Shown: piece after piece, positions 11,364-25,040 of the stretch
Numbering within the stretch: the stretch's first letter is position 1
Layout of the letters: the number at the start of each line of letters is the position of its first letter
Source of the DNA: Balanoglossus misakiensis
Lineage: Eukaryota; Animalia; Hemichordata
Length of the DNA stretch: 64,000 nucleotides
Direction of reading: 5' to 3'
Assembly (NCBI GenBank): GCA_040954595.2
Contig: CM082598.2
Span: 9,253,097 to 9,317,096, forward strand
Program-made: the position numbers and the translations under genes
The notes under the pieces: model-generated
Databases searched by the model: none
Seen by the model: the letters and a program-made list of their open reading frames with translations, nothing else
What the model was told of the DNA's origin: nothing

Positions 11364-14300
11364 TAATAAGTTGGATACTGGGCATATCATCATGTTTCAG
11401 CAATTTGAATGATTAACTGCAGTAGATAAGAAATGTAATGAAAACACAGCGAAAAGTTACAGCAAATGGAGCTCTACAGAAACAACTTGATTGTATTCAG
11501 TGTGTGTTGTTATCCAATATAACTCAACGCTAACTCAACTACCTCTATCTTGGCCCCATCACATGTTACCCTATAGGCCTACCACAAAGAAATGTTTCGA
11601 AATTTTAGGTGCACACTGGTTATAACTATCATTGCATGTGCACATTATATATACACATACATAATGTCAACTTACTATCACACTTAGTAATCTACAGCCA
11701 TTGATTCTGTCGGGTAATCTTGTGTTGGTATAAGAGTCAGCAGCCCAGAAAATTGTTCACACTACAGTATTATCCACCGAGTTTGGGTGAGCAATGTTAC
11801 AGACTTGAAACACTGACTTCATGGTCCCTCCCTCTTTTATCCCCACCAAATTTTACCAGTATTTGACCTTGTTAGTTGTAACATTGGATAGAACGCTAGG
11901 TTGTCTAGTCTGAAAAGAACAAACCATATTGGCAAGTACAAAAAAACGAAAAATTTCCACTGTCTCGATAGAAACGTTACTTTTAGTTTAACAGACTGAA
12001 ATCAAAAATCAAAATTTTATAAAGAAAACAGGAATATCATCATCAGAGGTCCTTATTCTTCAAGGAAAGGGTTATTACTTGTCATAAACTATTTCCCAGT
12101 TTCTGTGGGGAAATCAAAAGATACACTTGAGTTCATAAAACATACAACTCAATACTGTAGGTCATGGGAACACTTCCTTGCTGCATTTTATTACTAGCCA
12201 AGAATTACAATGACTGCATTTTGAGAAGCTATGGCATTCACACTTTCAACCATACATTGACCTTTCAAGACTATTTTGGACAGTAACAGCATCATCTTCA
12301 ATTGCAACAGATGAAGGTAGCCTTATCTCTATATTGTGTTTGTTATTAGAGCGTGTGACTGCAAAATGAAATAGTAGATTTCTGCTAGCAAGTTGTAATG
12401 TCTCCCTATGGCTTTCTCTATCCTTGGCTTCACTTTGCAACCTGATTTTCAGTCTCTGAACCATCTTTGAAATAAATACAGCTGTTATATCTAGTCAATT
12501 AGGAACCATGATATGAGATGAGCAGCAATGTTCATACAAAAAGCAGTGTTAAGAAAAGAAAAGTTTAAATCTGGAAATCATTCCAAGTTGACCTGTTACA
12601 AAAATAAAGCTCTATAATATATCCGTATAATGTACATTACCACTCCATGCACCCACCCAGAGACATATTACACAGAGTACACATAATAGAACTTTGTACA
12701 TGAAGATTGTATTCTGCTTGATTCTGCAAGTGATCCTTGCACTTTTCTTATGACCAGTATCAGAACTTTGATGGACAACACTGTTTCAGTTTATTTTCAT
12801 TTAACTTATTTTTAGCCGTGTCAATGAAGAGAGGATTTTTAGGTGAAATCCAATTAGTTAAAACGGCCATGTGTGAATTTTAAATGATCACCCACAACTG
12901 TTTTTAAACTTTTGCCACCCTTTGCAACCTTTGACCTGCCCAAGTTCAAAATGGCAGATTTGAATAAGGCTCGCTATTTGTACTGTTCATGATTTTCGTG
13001 CATTTTTTTATGCACAAGAAGGGAAAATGTGCATTACATTCAACATGAAGGATGAACTGATCAGCCCTGACCCCCCCCCCCCTTTCCTAACGCAACACAA
13101 CTAAGTCAGCCCTGTGCAGACTTAACGTGTACACATTGGTTTTTCTACACCAGCCCAGGCCCAGCACTTGTGCTACACCACCGTGACGAGTATGGTTTGA
13201 ACCCCTCCCCCAAGTGTTTTGCCCCCATTGCATCACATAACAAAGTTTTGAGCTTCTCTATATTTGTAGTCCTGAAGAGGTAACTCGCCGTTCTATGTGA
13301 ATTGTGCAATATGCCTGGCTTTGATTCGCATAACAGTAAAGTAAATTTTCTGTCTTGAGTTGGGAGCAAGTCTGGTGGACAGCAATTTTCCCGAGGTTAT
13401 CTTTCGCGCAGTTTTTATAGTCACATAACCCACTCTACTTTAGTCTCCATACCTACTCCAACAGGCCTGCATACCAAATACCACATTCAAATTTATATAC
13501 ATACACAATACAGGTTACTTTTACATGAGTAGCGGTTCATGTACTTTATTGGATGAACTGAAATTTTACCCCGCACCAAAACCCAGAGGTAAAACCCTTT
13601 TTTTCAAGTAAGGGAAACCCTCTGGGAAAGCGTAGGTATACAGATTCACCTAGTTTTCAAATGATTGTATTTAAATAAATGCCTCTTGAAAATCTAACTT
13701 TCAAATGAACATGCTGATCTGGCATACAAAATAGTAGAAAAAGAAAGAATATCTTGAAAATTGTAAAATATCAAGCTAAATTTTGTATTTTAAGTTCAGG
13801 TAAAACTGAAAAATATTACCTGTAAGTGTTGGTACAGAACATTGTTATTATTGGCAAATGCATTCAATTCTGGACTAGAATACAAATGTTAATAATAACA
13901 ATGCTGATTATGAACACAAGAAATCCTGGTTCATACACAGACCAAAATAAATGGAAAAGTCATAAAATATTACAAATAGTTGAACTTCATTTATATGAGA
14001 ATAAATGTCATCCAAACTACATTCTATATATATTATCACTTTACAAGCAATTGCAAAATCATAAATTTCATATTCAAATAGGAAGAACAAAAAGAATAAC
14101 CATCAAATTGTTGAATACTGCACACACAAGTTGTGTCAAAAGTGACTAATGTACTGATCACGGGAAACTATTCTGGATTTGAAGGAAACCTTATCAGTTA
14201 CAGCTACTGGGAAAACTTCATTGAAGATCCCCAAAGACATGTCAAGCAAAAGCCAATTAAAGTCTCATTTGATAAAGCCTTTGGATAAAGTTCGTCATTA

Positions 14301-14672
14301 AAGAGATTGAGGAAAAGGGACACAGAGATGAATGTTCAAATGCATGATAACTGAAAACTGACTGTGTATAAAATATAGGAAACTTTTAAAAGGAAGTAAT
14401 AGAAAACTTTTTAAAATAAAAGTAAATATCACAGTGAAAAGTTTTTGTTGTTCAAAAAGTGTAAATAATGTGTTGCCTGTAAGCCATGATGCATGATCTC
14501 CATGCTAATTAATTTATGAGCGAATTTACTGCTTTTATGCCCCCCCCCCCCGAAATACAAACAAAACAATCATACATATATGGCTTCTACAAACACATTA
14601 TTTATGTTTTCATAAAGGAAATTTTCATCAATAAAATCAACAGACTGTAAACACTCACACAATGCATATGCA

Positions 14673-14844
14673 CAGTGAAACCTGTCTATTAAGGACCTCT
14701 GAGACCAGAAAATCTGTCCTTAGTAGACAGGTGTCCCTAATAGACTGGAAATATTCTATTTAAAGTATGACTTGTCTTGAAAAATCTGTCCTTAATAGAG
14801 ACGTATCCTAAGTAGAGAGGTGTCCGTAAGGACAGATTTCACTG
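14673..14844. mobile_element. Tc1/mariner (pogo/Tigger-type) MITE
   Basis: Termini CAGTGAAACCTGTC...GACAGATTTCACTG followed by TA; internal GTCC(T/C)TA(A/G)TAGA repeats. Confidence 0.8.
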
Positions 14845-15339
14845 TATGCAAAATGTGTAAAATAATCTGAACAAAAACACAAACATACACACACACATCA
14901 AAAATCGTATATCAAAATCTTAACTCACTATGTCATCACCGAGTAAATTTGATTTACCAGTATATCAAACTGTTGAACACTGCACACACATACGAAAAGC
15001 AACTAATGAACTGATCCCAGGAAACTACACTGGACTTGAAGGATCTATTGCAATTTTTTTTCATCATCAAATTGGGTTAGTTATGTATATGGTATTCTCA
15101 AATATATTGCAAATTGAAACCTTCTCATCTGTTATAGCCATTGGGAAAACTTCATTAAAGACATACCCTCTAACACTGAGGAAAAATATACAGAAAGACA
15201 TGAATGTTAAAATGTTCACACACACACATACATAATTTTTATTTATAATATGGGAAAGTACATTGGAGGAAGCGAAAACAGCGCGCACAAAGATATAGAT
15301 GAGTTGAAGAGGGACTGCAATCTTGTGACTTCTTCTGCA

Positions 15340-15998
15340 AGGATGGTGAACCTGCTTCATCAGATAGCAACCACAGAGGACTCCCAGACGTCAACAAAAA
15401 TGGCAGTGTACAACGTGTGTATCATCAGCACTCTCCGCAATGGCAGCAAAACATGGAGGACCAACTCGAAACAGGAGCACTAACTGAATAGCTTCCATCT
15501 GCATTATCTTCGCTATATCCTTGGCATCCACTGGAGTGACACAAATTCCAATGCCAAGGTCCTAGAGCGTGCTATCACATTCACACACTTCTTAGGTAAT
15601 GCAGAATTCGGTGGCTAGGCCATGTGCAAGGATGGAGGATGGACACATTCCCCAAAGAAAAGAGATAGTCGCCCCCATCATGGCTACAAAGATGTCTGCA
15701 AGCGTGACATGAAAGCCCTGGACATCAACACAGAGAATTGGGAAGAGGTTAAGGCAGTGTTCTTCACAAGCAGCTGAAGTCATGGAGAGGAAGAAATCCT
15801 GACCACAGCCAGTGAAAAGAGAGCCAAGCAGAAGGCATGCACCCAAGAAGATACCCAAACAAGTCACATCAGCAGCAAATATGGCAGAGAGATTGCCACT
15901 CCCGCATCTGACTAAAAGCCACAGCTGTCGCTGTCGCAACATCATGACTTTCTCTTTCACAATATCCATAGTCGGTACCGACTGACAGAGGCCTACTG
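15340..15998 (+). mobile_element. RTE-clade non-LTR retrotransposon, decayed 3' fragment
   Basis: Frameshifted translation TKMAVYNVCIISTL.NGSKTW...LNSFHLHYLRYILGIHWSD...WLGHV...YKDVCKRDMKALDINTENWE and a terminal C..GRDCHSRI.LKSH zinc-finger-like tail, all typical of the RTE ORF end. Confidence 0.88.
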
Positions 15999-16379
15999 AC
16001 ACATAGGAATTCAAAAATACAACCATGTCAATCAGAGATACCAAAAATGAACCCTGAACACCCAAAACATCATGAAAATTCAAAATACAAAAATATAAGC
16101 AAAATACAGCCATGGCAGTCCCAGTTGTCAAAATACAAGCACAGAACTCCCAAACACCCAAAAATTCATGAAATTCAAACCCACAAAAATGAATAGCAAT
16201 CACATATGCCCAATACAACTACTGAAGTCCAAGATAACCAGTTCAACAATAAAACACCCAGACACAAAAATTGGTGTCTTGCCATGCAACATCTGAAAAG
16301 GTTTGGGCAGTCATAAGTAACTGCTTATCAAGACGCTCTACAGAATCAAAGTAATTTGGATCACTCACACAAATATACA

Positions 16380-16632
16380 TTATACATGCACGAAGGCACA
16401 GAAACAAATATACATACATACATGCATACATACATACCCAGGTATATGCATACATACCGGTACACACACAAACACAGAAATGCATTTAAAAATATAAACA
16501 AAATAAGTGAATGAATGGATGGATGGATGGATAAGCAAACAAATAATAAAAAAATAAAAACATATGTGAATGAATGAATGAATAAATGAATGAATGGATG
16601 GATGGATGAAAGAACAAATAAACACAAGACAA
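16380..16632. repeat. Low-complexity/microsatellite tract: (CATA)n, (GAAT)n, (GGAT)n
   Basis: Directly visible simple repeats. Confidence 0.85.
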
Positions 16633-16649
16633 TATAAACAAATAAATAA

Positions 16650-17900
16650 ACAAATTATACCTGCAAGCAGGATTGATGGGTCCTATTGTTAGGTATGCTC
16701 CTAATTAATTAGGTCAACATAGGGTCAAGGGGGTTCTGAGATTTAACCGTCAGGTCATGTGACTAATTAAAAATTCAAGGTTCAATGGACATCTACTCAT
16801 TGACCTCGACCACTCATGCAAGTTTGAGAAGTGTACTTGCAGTGGTTTCAGAGATCCAGGCCATCAAGAATTCAAAAAATAAGAAAGAAGTGGAAAGAAC
16901 AAAAAAGCCTATAAAAGCCAATGGCTTTGGCCCCTAATAACAAACAAACAATAAAATTAAAGCTGCATGCACCCTTGAAGGGGCCCAAGCATATGAACCA
17001 AATACAAGAAAGTCAAGGGTCAAGCCAATGTCAACAAAATTTTGATGCCACAGGGATTATGTTAAACAATAAATTTAGAATTAGATATGCACATATTTAA
17101 TGAGGTCAAGGGGGTCCTTAAATTAACCATCAATTTATAGTTCCTTACTAGTACATGTTAACGAAAATCTGTACAGACATGTTTGCTTTAATCCCACCAA
17201 ACATGACACTGTTAGGTCTTATAGTTATGCAGTAATACACATTTACGTGATACTAGGGTCAAAGGTTATGGAGGTCACGTGACATACAAGGGGGAGAGGG
17301 GTATTGGCAAAATGATTTCTTCCCATAATGCCACCTGTCCACCAAAAATCAGCTTTCTATGTCTATTTGTATGCATGGAATTAAATACATGCATAATTAA
17401 TGTTGGTCAAAGGTCAAGGGATAACCCCAAAATTTGCATGTTCCTCCTATACCTGTATATGTCAAAAAACTAGTCCCTGGTTCTATTGGCTACCCTATAA
17501 TTAGACATGCATTTATCCAATGGGGGTCAAAGTTCAGGGGGTAACCCCCAAATTTGGCTTTTATTTTGGTCTCATTCCGGTCACTGGTCAACAGCTTGCT
17601 GCCCAGAATGCCAGAATAAGATGTCACCATAGCTTAACTGTAAAGGTATAGGCCTATGGCTGGGTCAAAGGTCATGTAAAAATTCTCAAAATTCAAATTG
17701 ACTATGACCTTGAAATTTGGCATGTAGGATACTGGCCATAATGGTGTACAAGGCAAGATAACAGAATTTTGTTCCTCATTTCTGATGCAAAGGAGGTCCA
17801 ATTGAAATTTCAATCCAAGATGGCCACTAGGCTACGTGACTAATTACAAATTCATAAGTGTTATGCACAAGATTTGTAGATTCACATTTAAGTTCTAGCT
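16650..17900. mobile_element. Decayed Helentron-type non-autonomous (HINE-like) repeats, probably two adjacent elements
   Basis: Repeated GGTCAA(A/G)GG / TGACCT motifs, a CATGCAAGTTTGA...GGTTTCAGAGAT core, and a short 3' hairpin AAAGCCAATGGCTTT before CTAATAA. Boundaries are approximate. Confidence 0.45.
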
Positions 17901-18573
17901 TTATAAAAAAAATACACAAAAAGATTCAAATAAAAATAATAAGCTCACACCTATAAATCCCCTTTGGCTATGAAAAATTCCTATGGCAGTGAGTGCCAAT
18001 TTTGTATCATATTGCTATTAAACCTCTAATTCTTCTACATTAATGAATCATTTATGTACAATACTAGAAAACCATGCCCATATACAAAAATGGAAAAAAT
18101 GATAATTGAAGTTAATAGAGAGAGCAAGTCAAACCAATGTGCAATGGTGTGTACTCTTAATTGTCTTGTTAGCTCTTTAAACACAACTGTTTCACACAAG
18201 TTTAATACCAATATTTTTCTGCAATTTTTTTTCAAGGTATTTATTCAGTAATTCAATTTTTCATGAGTCTTTTGCAGCTCCTATTGTTTTGATTTTATGA
18301 GCCCCTGATTTAACAGGGATGCGAAAAGTTCACAAATAAATAAATAATGAATACCAAAATAATGCTGTCATTTATTTACCATTCAGCTTATTGAAAGTTT
18401 ACCTGGGTGCAATTATGCGTTGTATTTTTAGGCTAAATGGTAAACACCTGAAGGTTGCTGTTTCCAGTGCAATTAGTCTTAATTTACACACAGTGCTTGT
18501 TACGCGCAATGCTTATTGTGCCTAGAGGACCCAACAACCTTCAGGTTATGCTGAACAAATTGTAATGATAATT

Positions 18574-18665
18574 TAGGACTGCAATAAAAAATAGGATGGG
18601 ATTTTAGGACTGCAATAAAGTGATAAGATTGGATTTTAGGACTGCAATAAAAATACGATGGGATT
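18574..18665. repeat. Three imperfect ~30-bp tandem repeats
   Basis: TTTAGGACTGCAATAAA...GGATTT occurs three times. Confidence 0.8.
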
Positions 18666-19323
18666 TATTTGAAAGTATTCTATTTCAATGTCAAACTTGA
18701 AGTAGTGTTGGCATACTGAAATGTACACATTGCAATTTAATTTTAACCTGCTCCCTCTCTCTCCAGGACACAATCACCAAAAAAATGCTACAAGAATATT
18801 ACATTTGTAATATGGATCATATAACTCAGGTTGGGATCGTTCAATGTTCAATATCAACTCATGGTGGAAGTTCTGTCCTTGAAATGACGATGAAATCAAA
18901 CACAGTTTGTTGAAGTCAGTAACACACAGCATCCAATGCACCAGCTTTTGAATTCATACATGTATCCTCTTCTTTCCTATAAACAGAAAGAGGACATCAC
19001 ACTTACCTTGTATTGATTTATTAAAGTAACAAAGAGACATTAACTTCCACACAGAAACAAAAATGTGCTCCTGTCAAACACTGAACAGGGAATAAAAAAA
19101 GAGGCCCAGGAAGTGACAAAATCCAATCAGGTAATTTCTTGATCACTATTCAATATGGTGGTTGGTGCCCATTGACTGCCAAACATGTCATAAGAAAGTA
19201 TATTTCAACAAGCCTGAAGAGAAGCTATCAATCATGAGTGACACAGTCTTGTCAATGATATAGTCCCCACTGTATTATTTTAATACATTGAAATAAAAAT
19301 TGACATGCACGTACATCAGAGTA

Positions 19324-20197
19324 CAGTGAACCGTTGATTATCTGAACAGGTAGGGGGATGTACAGGCTTTTGGTTCAGATATGCAATCGGTTCGGATATG
19401 CAATCTTAAGGCCCAAAGGGGGGGGGGGGTCACATTCAGGTCATATCTCACATATACATGTATAGGTACATGAACCTGTACCATAGTAGACAAGACACAT
19501 CATTTTCCTTTCTATTTTTATTTCTAAGTAAATTTTGAAGCATTTTGAAAATTGTACTAAGCAAAGTAATAAGATAATTGATAAAAAAAAGAATGACGGT
19601 GTTGAGGTCGATAACGTGACGCTTGCGTTTCATTGATGACGCAGCCATGATGACATAGACTGTTATGGCGGATGCAGAGCGATGCTGGTTCGACGATGTT
19701 ACAAGATCACTACTGGAAATTACAAAATGGTGTCATTTCCCAAAACCCACTTCTACCTAACCAGTTAACACTTTTAGGTTTTGACGAAATGCTGCAAAAT
19801 GCCGCAAACGTTTAAAGAAGAAGTCGGCCACCAGTCGTAACCTTTCAGCAAGGCCGACAAATCGTATGCGGCTGAACGAACCATGCCATTGTTGAGCTGT
19901 TCATTTTCACATCTCTTGCGATTGCATCCAAATGATTCATACCCGAGGATACAAAACATTAACACTTTCAGAATCAAAACAAAAGTCTAATGGGCGGTAA
20001 AGTTGTTTAAAGAAATAACTTCATTAAAGAGGAAGGTGCTGTACTATTATGCCATCCTCTGACAGCCAGGGCCGTGAATATCAAACAATGATTAAGCAAG
20101 GTATACGCCTACATGTAGACTTTGCGGGGAACACAGAGTGAGTTCAGATAGCCGAACAATGCGGATAATCAACATTCGGATAATCGACGGTTTACTG
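19324..20197 (-). mobile_element. pogo/Tigger-family non-autonomous DNA transposon retaining the transposase start
   Basis: TA|CAGTGAACCGTTGATTATCTGAA...TTCGGATAATCGACGGTTTACTG|TA (23-bp TIR, 20/23 match, TA TSD). Minus-strand MAASSMKRKRHVIDLNT at 19648 resembles the CENP-B-type N-terminus of Tigger transposases. Confidence 0.85.
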
Positions 20198-20599
20198 TAC
20201 ATCATGGTTGTATGAAGTCAGAACAGAATCATTTCAAGCATGTCTGACATATGGCTCTGCACTTGAATTGTTTGTGTGAAAAAGATGGTTGCCTGATGAC
20301 CACACAGCGTTATCAGGATACTTACTTGAATGTAGTGGTGTAGTCTCAGTTCATAGATGCTTGCAGTGTTGTTGTTACTGTTCCATCTAGAAGTTGTGTA
20401 CGATGCTTGTTGCTAATGACATGGTTGTTGTTACTGTTCCGTCTAGAATCTGTGTGATTTGCATATTCTTTAACCCATCAACCATAACATCAGAAGAGGT
20501 GACAGAAGTCTGGGGAGGTTAATAGACAGCAACAACTTGTGATTAGCAGGATTTTTTACACAAGATACGCAGACATTAAGTGCTATGGAGGAGTACCAA

Positions 20600-22040
20600 C
20601 TTACCATCGTCAAAATGTAGTATTGTCAGGACTCACTGAAGTCGAAGAAATAGAAGATGACATTCAGTGTTTTGGATGCAGTGACACTAATGGATGAAGC
20701 ACTGACAGACCATGACAAGAACTTGATACAACCTCAAACTGAACAAAAAGAAGTCACGCTAAGACAAAAGGAATACTTCCCTTCCATAGGTCAACTACTC
20801 ACTGGAGATGGATATCAGACAGATCCTGCTCAGGTGTCAGCAATTCTCAATGCTACAACCACGTGACAAAAAGGGAATTAATACAGCACCTATTGGTTTT
20901 TGTCAACTATATACCTCTCGCAATTCATGCCAAAGCTATCAGAGATATGTGAACCACTATGCAAAGTAATTGAGAAGAAAGTTGAATTCATATGGGAGAG
21001 TCAACAGGCAGAGGTTTTAGCTACCATACAGCAGATGATCAGGACAACACCGGTATTCAAGTACTGTGATGTTTACAGTAACGTGACCATACAGTGTGAT
21101 GCGTCAGAATTTGGATTAGGATCATGCCACACTACTTCAGGATAGACAGCCAGTGGCATTTGCATCAAGGTCACTGTCACTAACCGAACGTAGATATACT
21201 GAGATCGCAAAAGAATGTTTGGCTATTGTTTATGTATGCTACAGATTCGATCATTTAAAAACAACATGGAAATATAACTTGCAATATCCGATGCCTGCCA
21301 GGTTCAAAGATTTATATCCCAAATATATGCTGAGCTGAGCCTGTGAACAAGGCAATTACAATCAAAGAGAGAAAGAAGTGTAGTCCAGAGTATCAAATTT
21401 TCTAGATGACTGAGGAAAATCAACTTGACTCCATGCATCTGTCAGAAGGCATACACCACCAAGTCAAGCCTACTTTGCATTGCAAGCTCAGCTTTATGTG
21501 CACAATGATGACAGGCTTGCCACACTCACAGGAAGATGTTCTGATTAGCATCCAGGAACTTCTGGAACTTCACACATGAATTAACTGCACAATATGGGGT
21601 TATGTTCAAAGGGATAAAAGTGATCATACCAATGTCTATATGTCAACGATGATCACAAGAGCACAAACTAGCCACCTTGGATTTGACGATTGCAAAGAGC
21701 ATGTGATGTTCTTTTTTGGTCAGGAATGACAGGGGAAATCACAGAAATGTGCAGCAATTTTCTATCTATGGTAAACAACAGAAGGGGCCCATCATGTCAC
21801 ATTGATGTCCAGAAGAATAAGAACCACTATGCCAACATCACAGTCACTTCTGAAGCCTCATGTCATAGACGATGTGTCAGAAAATATCAGAAGCAAGAAA
21901 TAGATGGCCAAAGCTTACAACAATTATACCAAACCTCTACCAGCTTTGGAGATAGGTGATACCAATAGACTACAGCCAGTACAACCAAGAGCTCCATGGC
22001 AAAGAGGATCATGAGTTGCCAAAGTCCGTCCATGGGCGTT
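20600..22040 (+). pseudogene. Gypsy pol remnant (end of RT, RNase H, integrase zinc-finger and C-terminal pieces)
   Basis: LSQFMPKLSEICEPLCK...VTIQCDASEFGLG; VAFASRSLSLTERRYTEIAKECLAIVY (RNase H); SHLG...RACDVLFWSGMTGEI (integrase HHCC region). Many stops and frameshifts. Confidence 0.92.
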
Positions 22041-22077
22041 CGTATCAGAGAAATGACAGATTCATTTGATCACATAC

Positions 22078-23291
22078 CAATCTGATTAAAATCAGATGTA
22101 GGGAACGGCGACCAACATCTGACCAACTCTCACTGGAGCTCCCGTTGAAATCGCGCATTCCGACCCGGCCAATCAGATTGCGTGTTATGCCGACCAAAGA
22201 ATTGCACTGGGAGATGGGAGAAATTTTGTTGTTGACTTCGAGTATCGCACAGAATACGACAGATTGGCTTTCTCTTGTGTACAATTACATGTAATCCCAT
22301 GATATCTTTCTTTGTTTGGCGTCATTGTATACGAGTGGTTTTCGCAGAGCAGTGCAACGTCCAGCTGTAGCCATATACAAATGATGAACTGTCGTTGATC
22401 ATTCATAAACTCTCCTAACAAGTCGTCATGTTCGCCCTCGTAGTCATGCCACCAGTCGGGAAAATGACGTACTTCATGTAAAAGTTTATAAAAAAATAAA
22501 CTAAATTTCACTGCCATGTATCCCAAAACAATTTATGTGACAGATTTTTAAAAAGAACGCTAACTTCGGCTAAGGAATGTCAAGTCATAGCTCCGCGTTC
22601 AGGTCTGTGTGTTCCCGACGCACCACAGCCCTGCATAAGGCCCCATAGACAAAACTGGTGCGTCTGCGGTCCGGACCCGGACGCCCGACCGCAGCTTTTT
22701 CTGTCGAAATTCGATTTTATCGAAGCAAAATCCTTTCCCTGTCTACTTCAACCGACCCCAAATATGATGCGATTAACTTCTTCTAATGTCCGTGTAACGC
22801 CGGGAACACACAGACCTGCACGCAGAGCTAGTCAAGTCAGTGCACTGTGCAGTCGGTCGGTACACTCTGGTGTATACAAACGATCGTGGCGACAGAATCT
22901 CTCCCTGGGACGGCCTTACACAAATGTAATCGATTCTCTAACAATTTTACTGCGACATGTTGCCACGTCTTATACATTTCGTTGGCCAATGGAATATAGA
23001 GGTTCAGTCGTCACGCTGAACTGGCTCGAAACCATTCTCCCCACGCTGATTCGACTCTCGCGCCCGGGATATATGTCTGTGGTAGCCCCATGGTAACAGC
23101 CGCAAGGGGCCAGGTCATGTGATTGTGGGATGCCTATCGTTTGCTATAAGGCGCCTTCTGATTGGTTTACGCAACCAGTAAATCCTGTCGATTTCAACGG
23201 GAGCTCCAGTGAGAGTTGGTCAGATGTAGTGTGAGGCGACAGCATAAAAAAAACACGTCGCCATTCCCTACATCTGATTTTAATCAGATTG
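22078..23291. mobile_element. Non-autonomous TIR transposon 'MITE-A' (Mutator-like, 9-bp TSD)
   Basis: Long TIR CAATCTGATTAAAATCAGATGTAGGGAACGGCGAC...ACATCTGACCAACTCTCACTGGAGCTCCCGTTGAAATCG mirrored at 23189-23291. Flanks ATCACATAC / ATTACATAG match 7/9. Confidence 0.85.
22588..22830. mobile_element. 'MITE-B' (Mutator-like) nested inside MITE-A
   Basis: TIR TAGCTC.GCGT.CAGGTCTGTGTGTTCCCG; perfect 9-bp TSD GTCAAGTCA at 22579-22587 and 22831-22839. Confidence 0.92.
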
Positions 23292-23334
23292 ATTACATAG
23301 ATACATGCATACATACATGCATGCATGCATACAT

Positions 23335-23393
<59 letters not shown>

Positions 23394-23569
23394 TACATAC
23401 ATACATACATACATACATACATACATACATACATACATACATACATACATACATACATACATACATACATACATACAGACAAACAGACAGACATACATAC
23501 ATATAGACAGACGCAACTGATCCCATCAGGTCACAATGGTATATATATATACCAACTGGGACCTAAAAA
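23292..23569 (+). mobile_element. 3' end of a Helentron-type HINE: (CAGA)n(CATA)n microsatellite plus terminal hairpin
   Basis: The microsatellite is followed by CAGACGCAACTGATCCCAT..GGTC...GGGACCTAAAAA, the same end as the element finishing at 31106. Confidence 0.75.
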
Positions 23570-24982
23570 GGGGAGGTGTTATCGGAATACTTACCTGTGG
23601 TGGAATGGTACCGTCTCAGGTCATTGTTCACAGTCCCAAGATGCTTGTAGCTGAAGACATGACTGAATAAAGTGTTGTTGTTACTGTTCCATCAAGAAGC
23701 TGTGTCTAGAAGCATATTATTTAACTAACCGACCAGGACAGGACCAGACCAAACTGCAAAATAAATAATAATAATGATGTTTATTTATACAAATATAAAA
23801 TGGTACATATTGTAAAGCAGAGTCTTCGCTCGTGGTGGGTAAATATAGAGTAAGGAAATAGCTGCAGCTAGTCTAGCCTGTACTCCTACAATAAAGCTTG
23901 CTAAACAAAATTAAATATAAATATTGAGAGGTTGAACCCTATGGGTGCATATATATGTCAGAGAACATTGTCTATATACCAAGTTTTAATGCAATTGTGG
24001 TCGTCATATTAGAATAATTGTACCATACACCACACTAATGATGTTTGCAGCTTGAATTGTTACCTTTTGAAATCTGCTTGGCTGGTTTGTAGCAATTATA
24101 TTAATGCACAGATCTAGGTTGGCAGATGTTCAATCATCAGAGAGAAATCTGCAAAGATGAAAAATATGTCAATAAGTATACTTGCATCAAGCAAAACGAC
24201 AATAAAATGTATCCATGGACAGATGAGCTCCAGGCTTCATGAACAATACAAGACACCATACTGTTGTTCTTGAATGTAAGGACAAAACTTGGCCTTTTGT
24301 GCCATTCAGATCTTCACTGTGGTTTATGAATATTATGTACTTCAATGGCTGCTCATACACATTTAAATTTTCATACTCACACCACAGGAGTCATGTTACC
24401 TGGTTACCATTTTGGCGTTTGGACTGGAGGATGTATTGCATCATGGAAATCTGAAACTAATGAGAAAAAACTGTGTAAATAGACAATTATAACTGACTGC
24501 TCTGGACTGCAACTTGTTGGCTAACAAACCCAGCACCTGTAACAAATAATAAGTAATAAATGTTAATTCATAATTATAGACTGGATGTGTTTAATCTTAC
24601 TTAATTACCAAATAGACATACAAAACATGAAACTATCTCTACTTCCATGGGAGAAACATGGACCAGTACCCAGTTAACATATCACCGTCAATTATGTTGT
24701 CCCATGGTGACTAAAAATTCAACAATTATCAACAAATTAATATGCAGTTACCCTCTTTCTACATATTATTTAACACTTACAAGTTTAAATTCCCACTAGA
24801 AAATAATCTCTCAATTTACGAGTTCAAGAAAACTACACACTCCCCAAAACTGTAAAAACTATTAATTGGCTTTTCAGTAGTTATCACCAATATCATCATA
24901 CATAATTACTAAATTTTGCTTTCTAGCTGAGGCTACTTCACCTATTATTAATACAAACTGCAGAATAAGTCATTTATTGTTT

Positions 24983-24983
<1 letters not shown>

Positions 24984-25023
<40 letters not shown>

Positions 25024-25040
25024 TCATCATCATCATCATG
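24984..25040. repeat. (CAT)n microsatellite
   Basis: Directly visible. Confidence 0.95.

Larger units (their letters stand above)
20308..23740 (+). mobile_element. Decayed, internally deleted Ty3/Gypsy LTR retrotransposon carrying nested insertions
   Basis: Related LTRs at 20308-20489 ((C)GTTATCAGGATACTTAC...ATAACA) and 23577-~23740 (TGTTATCGGAATACTTAC...). PBS-like TCAGAAG follows the 5' LTR and a PPT AAAAGGGGAGG precedes the 3' LTR, with pol remnants between. No clean TSD. Confidence 0.85.

Noticed and set aside
13180-13215. tRNA/SINE B-box-like GGTTTGAACCC (also at ~40736)
   Set aside because: No matching A-box spacing or cloverleaf could be built.
15592-16218. Longest ORF in the track (208 aa, minus strand)
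   Set aside because: It is antisense to the RTE fragment plus AT-rich flank and has no recognisable domain.
23144-23654. Several ORFs rich in YVCM/TDRQ/HTYI
   Set aside because: These are translations of (CATA)n/(CAGA)n microsatellites; the same applies to the ORFs at 16243-16627 and 30854-31114.
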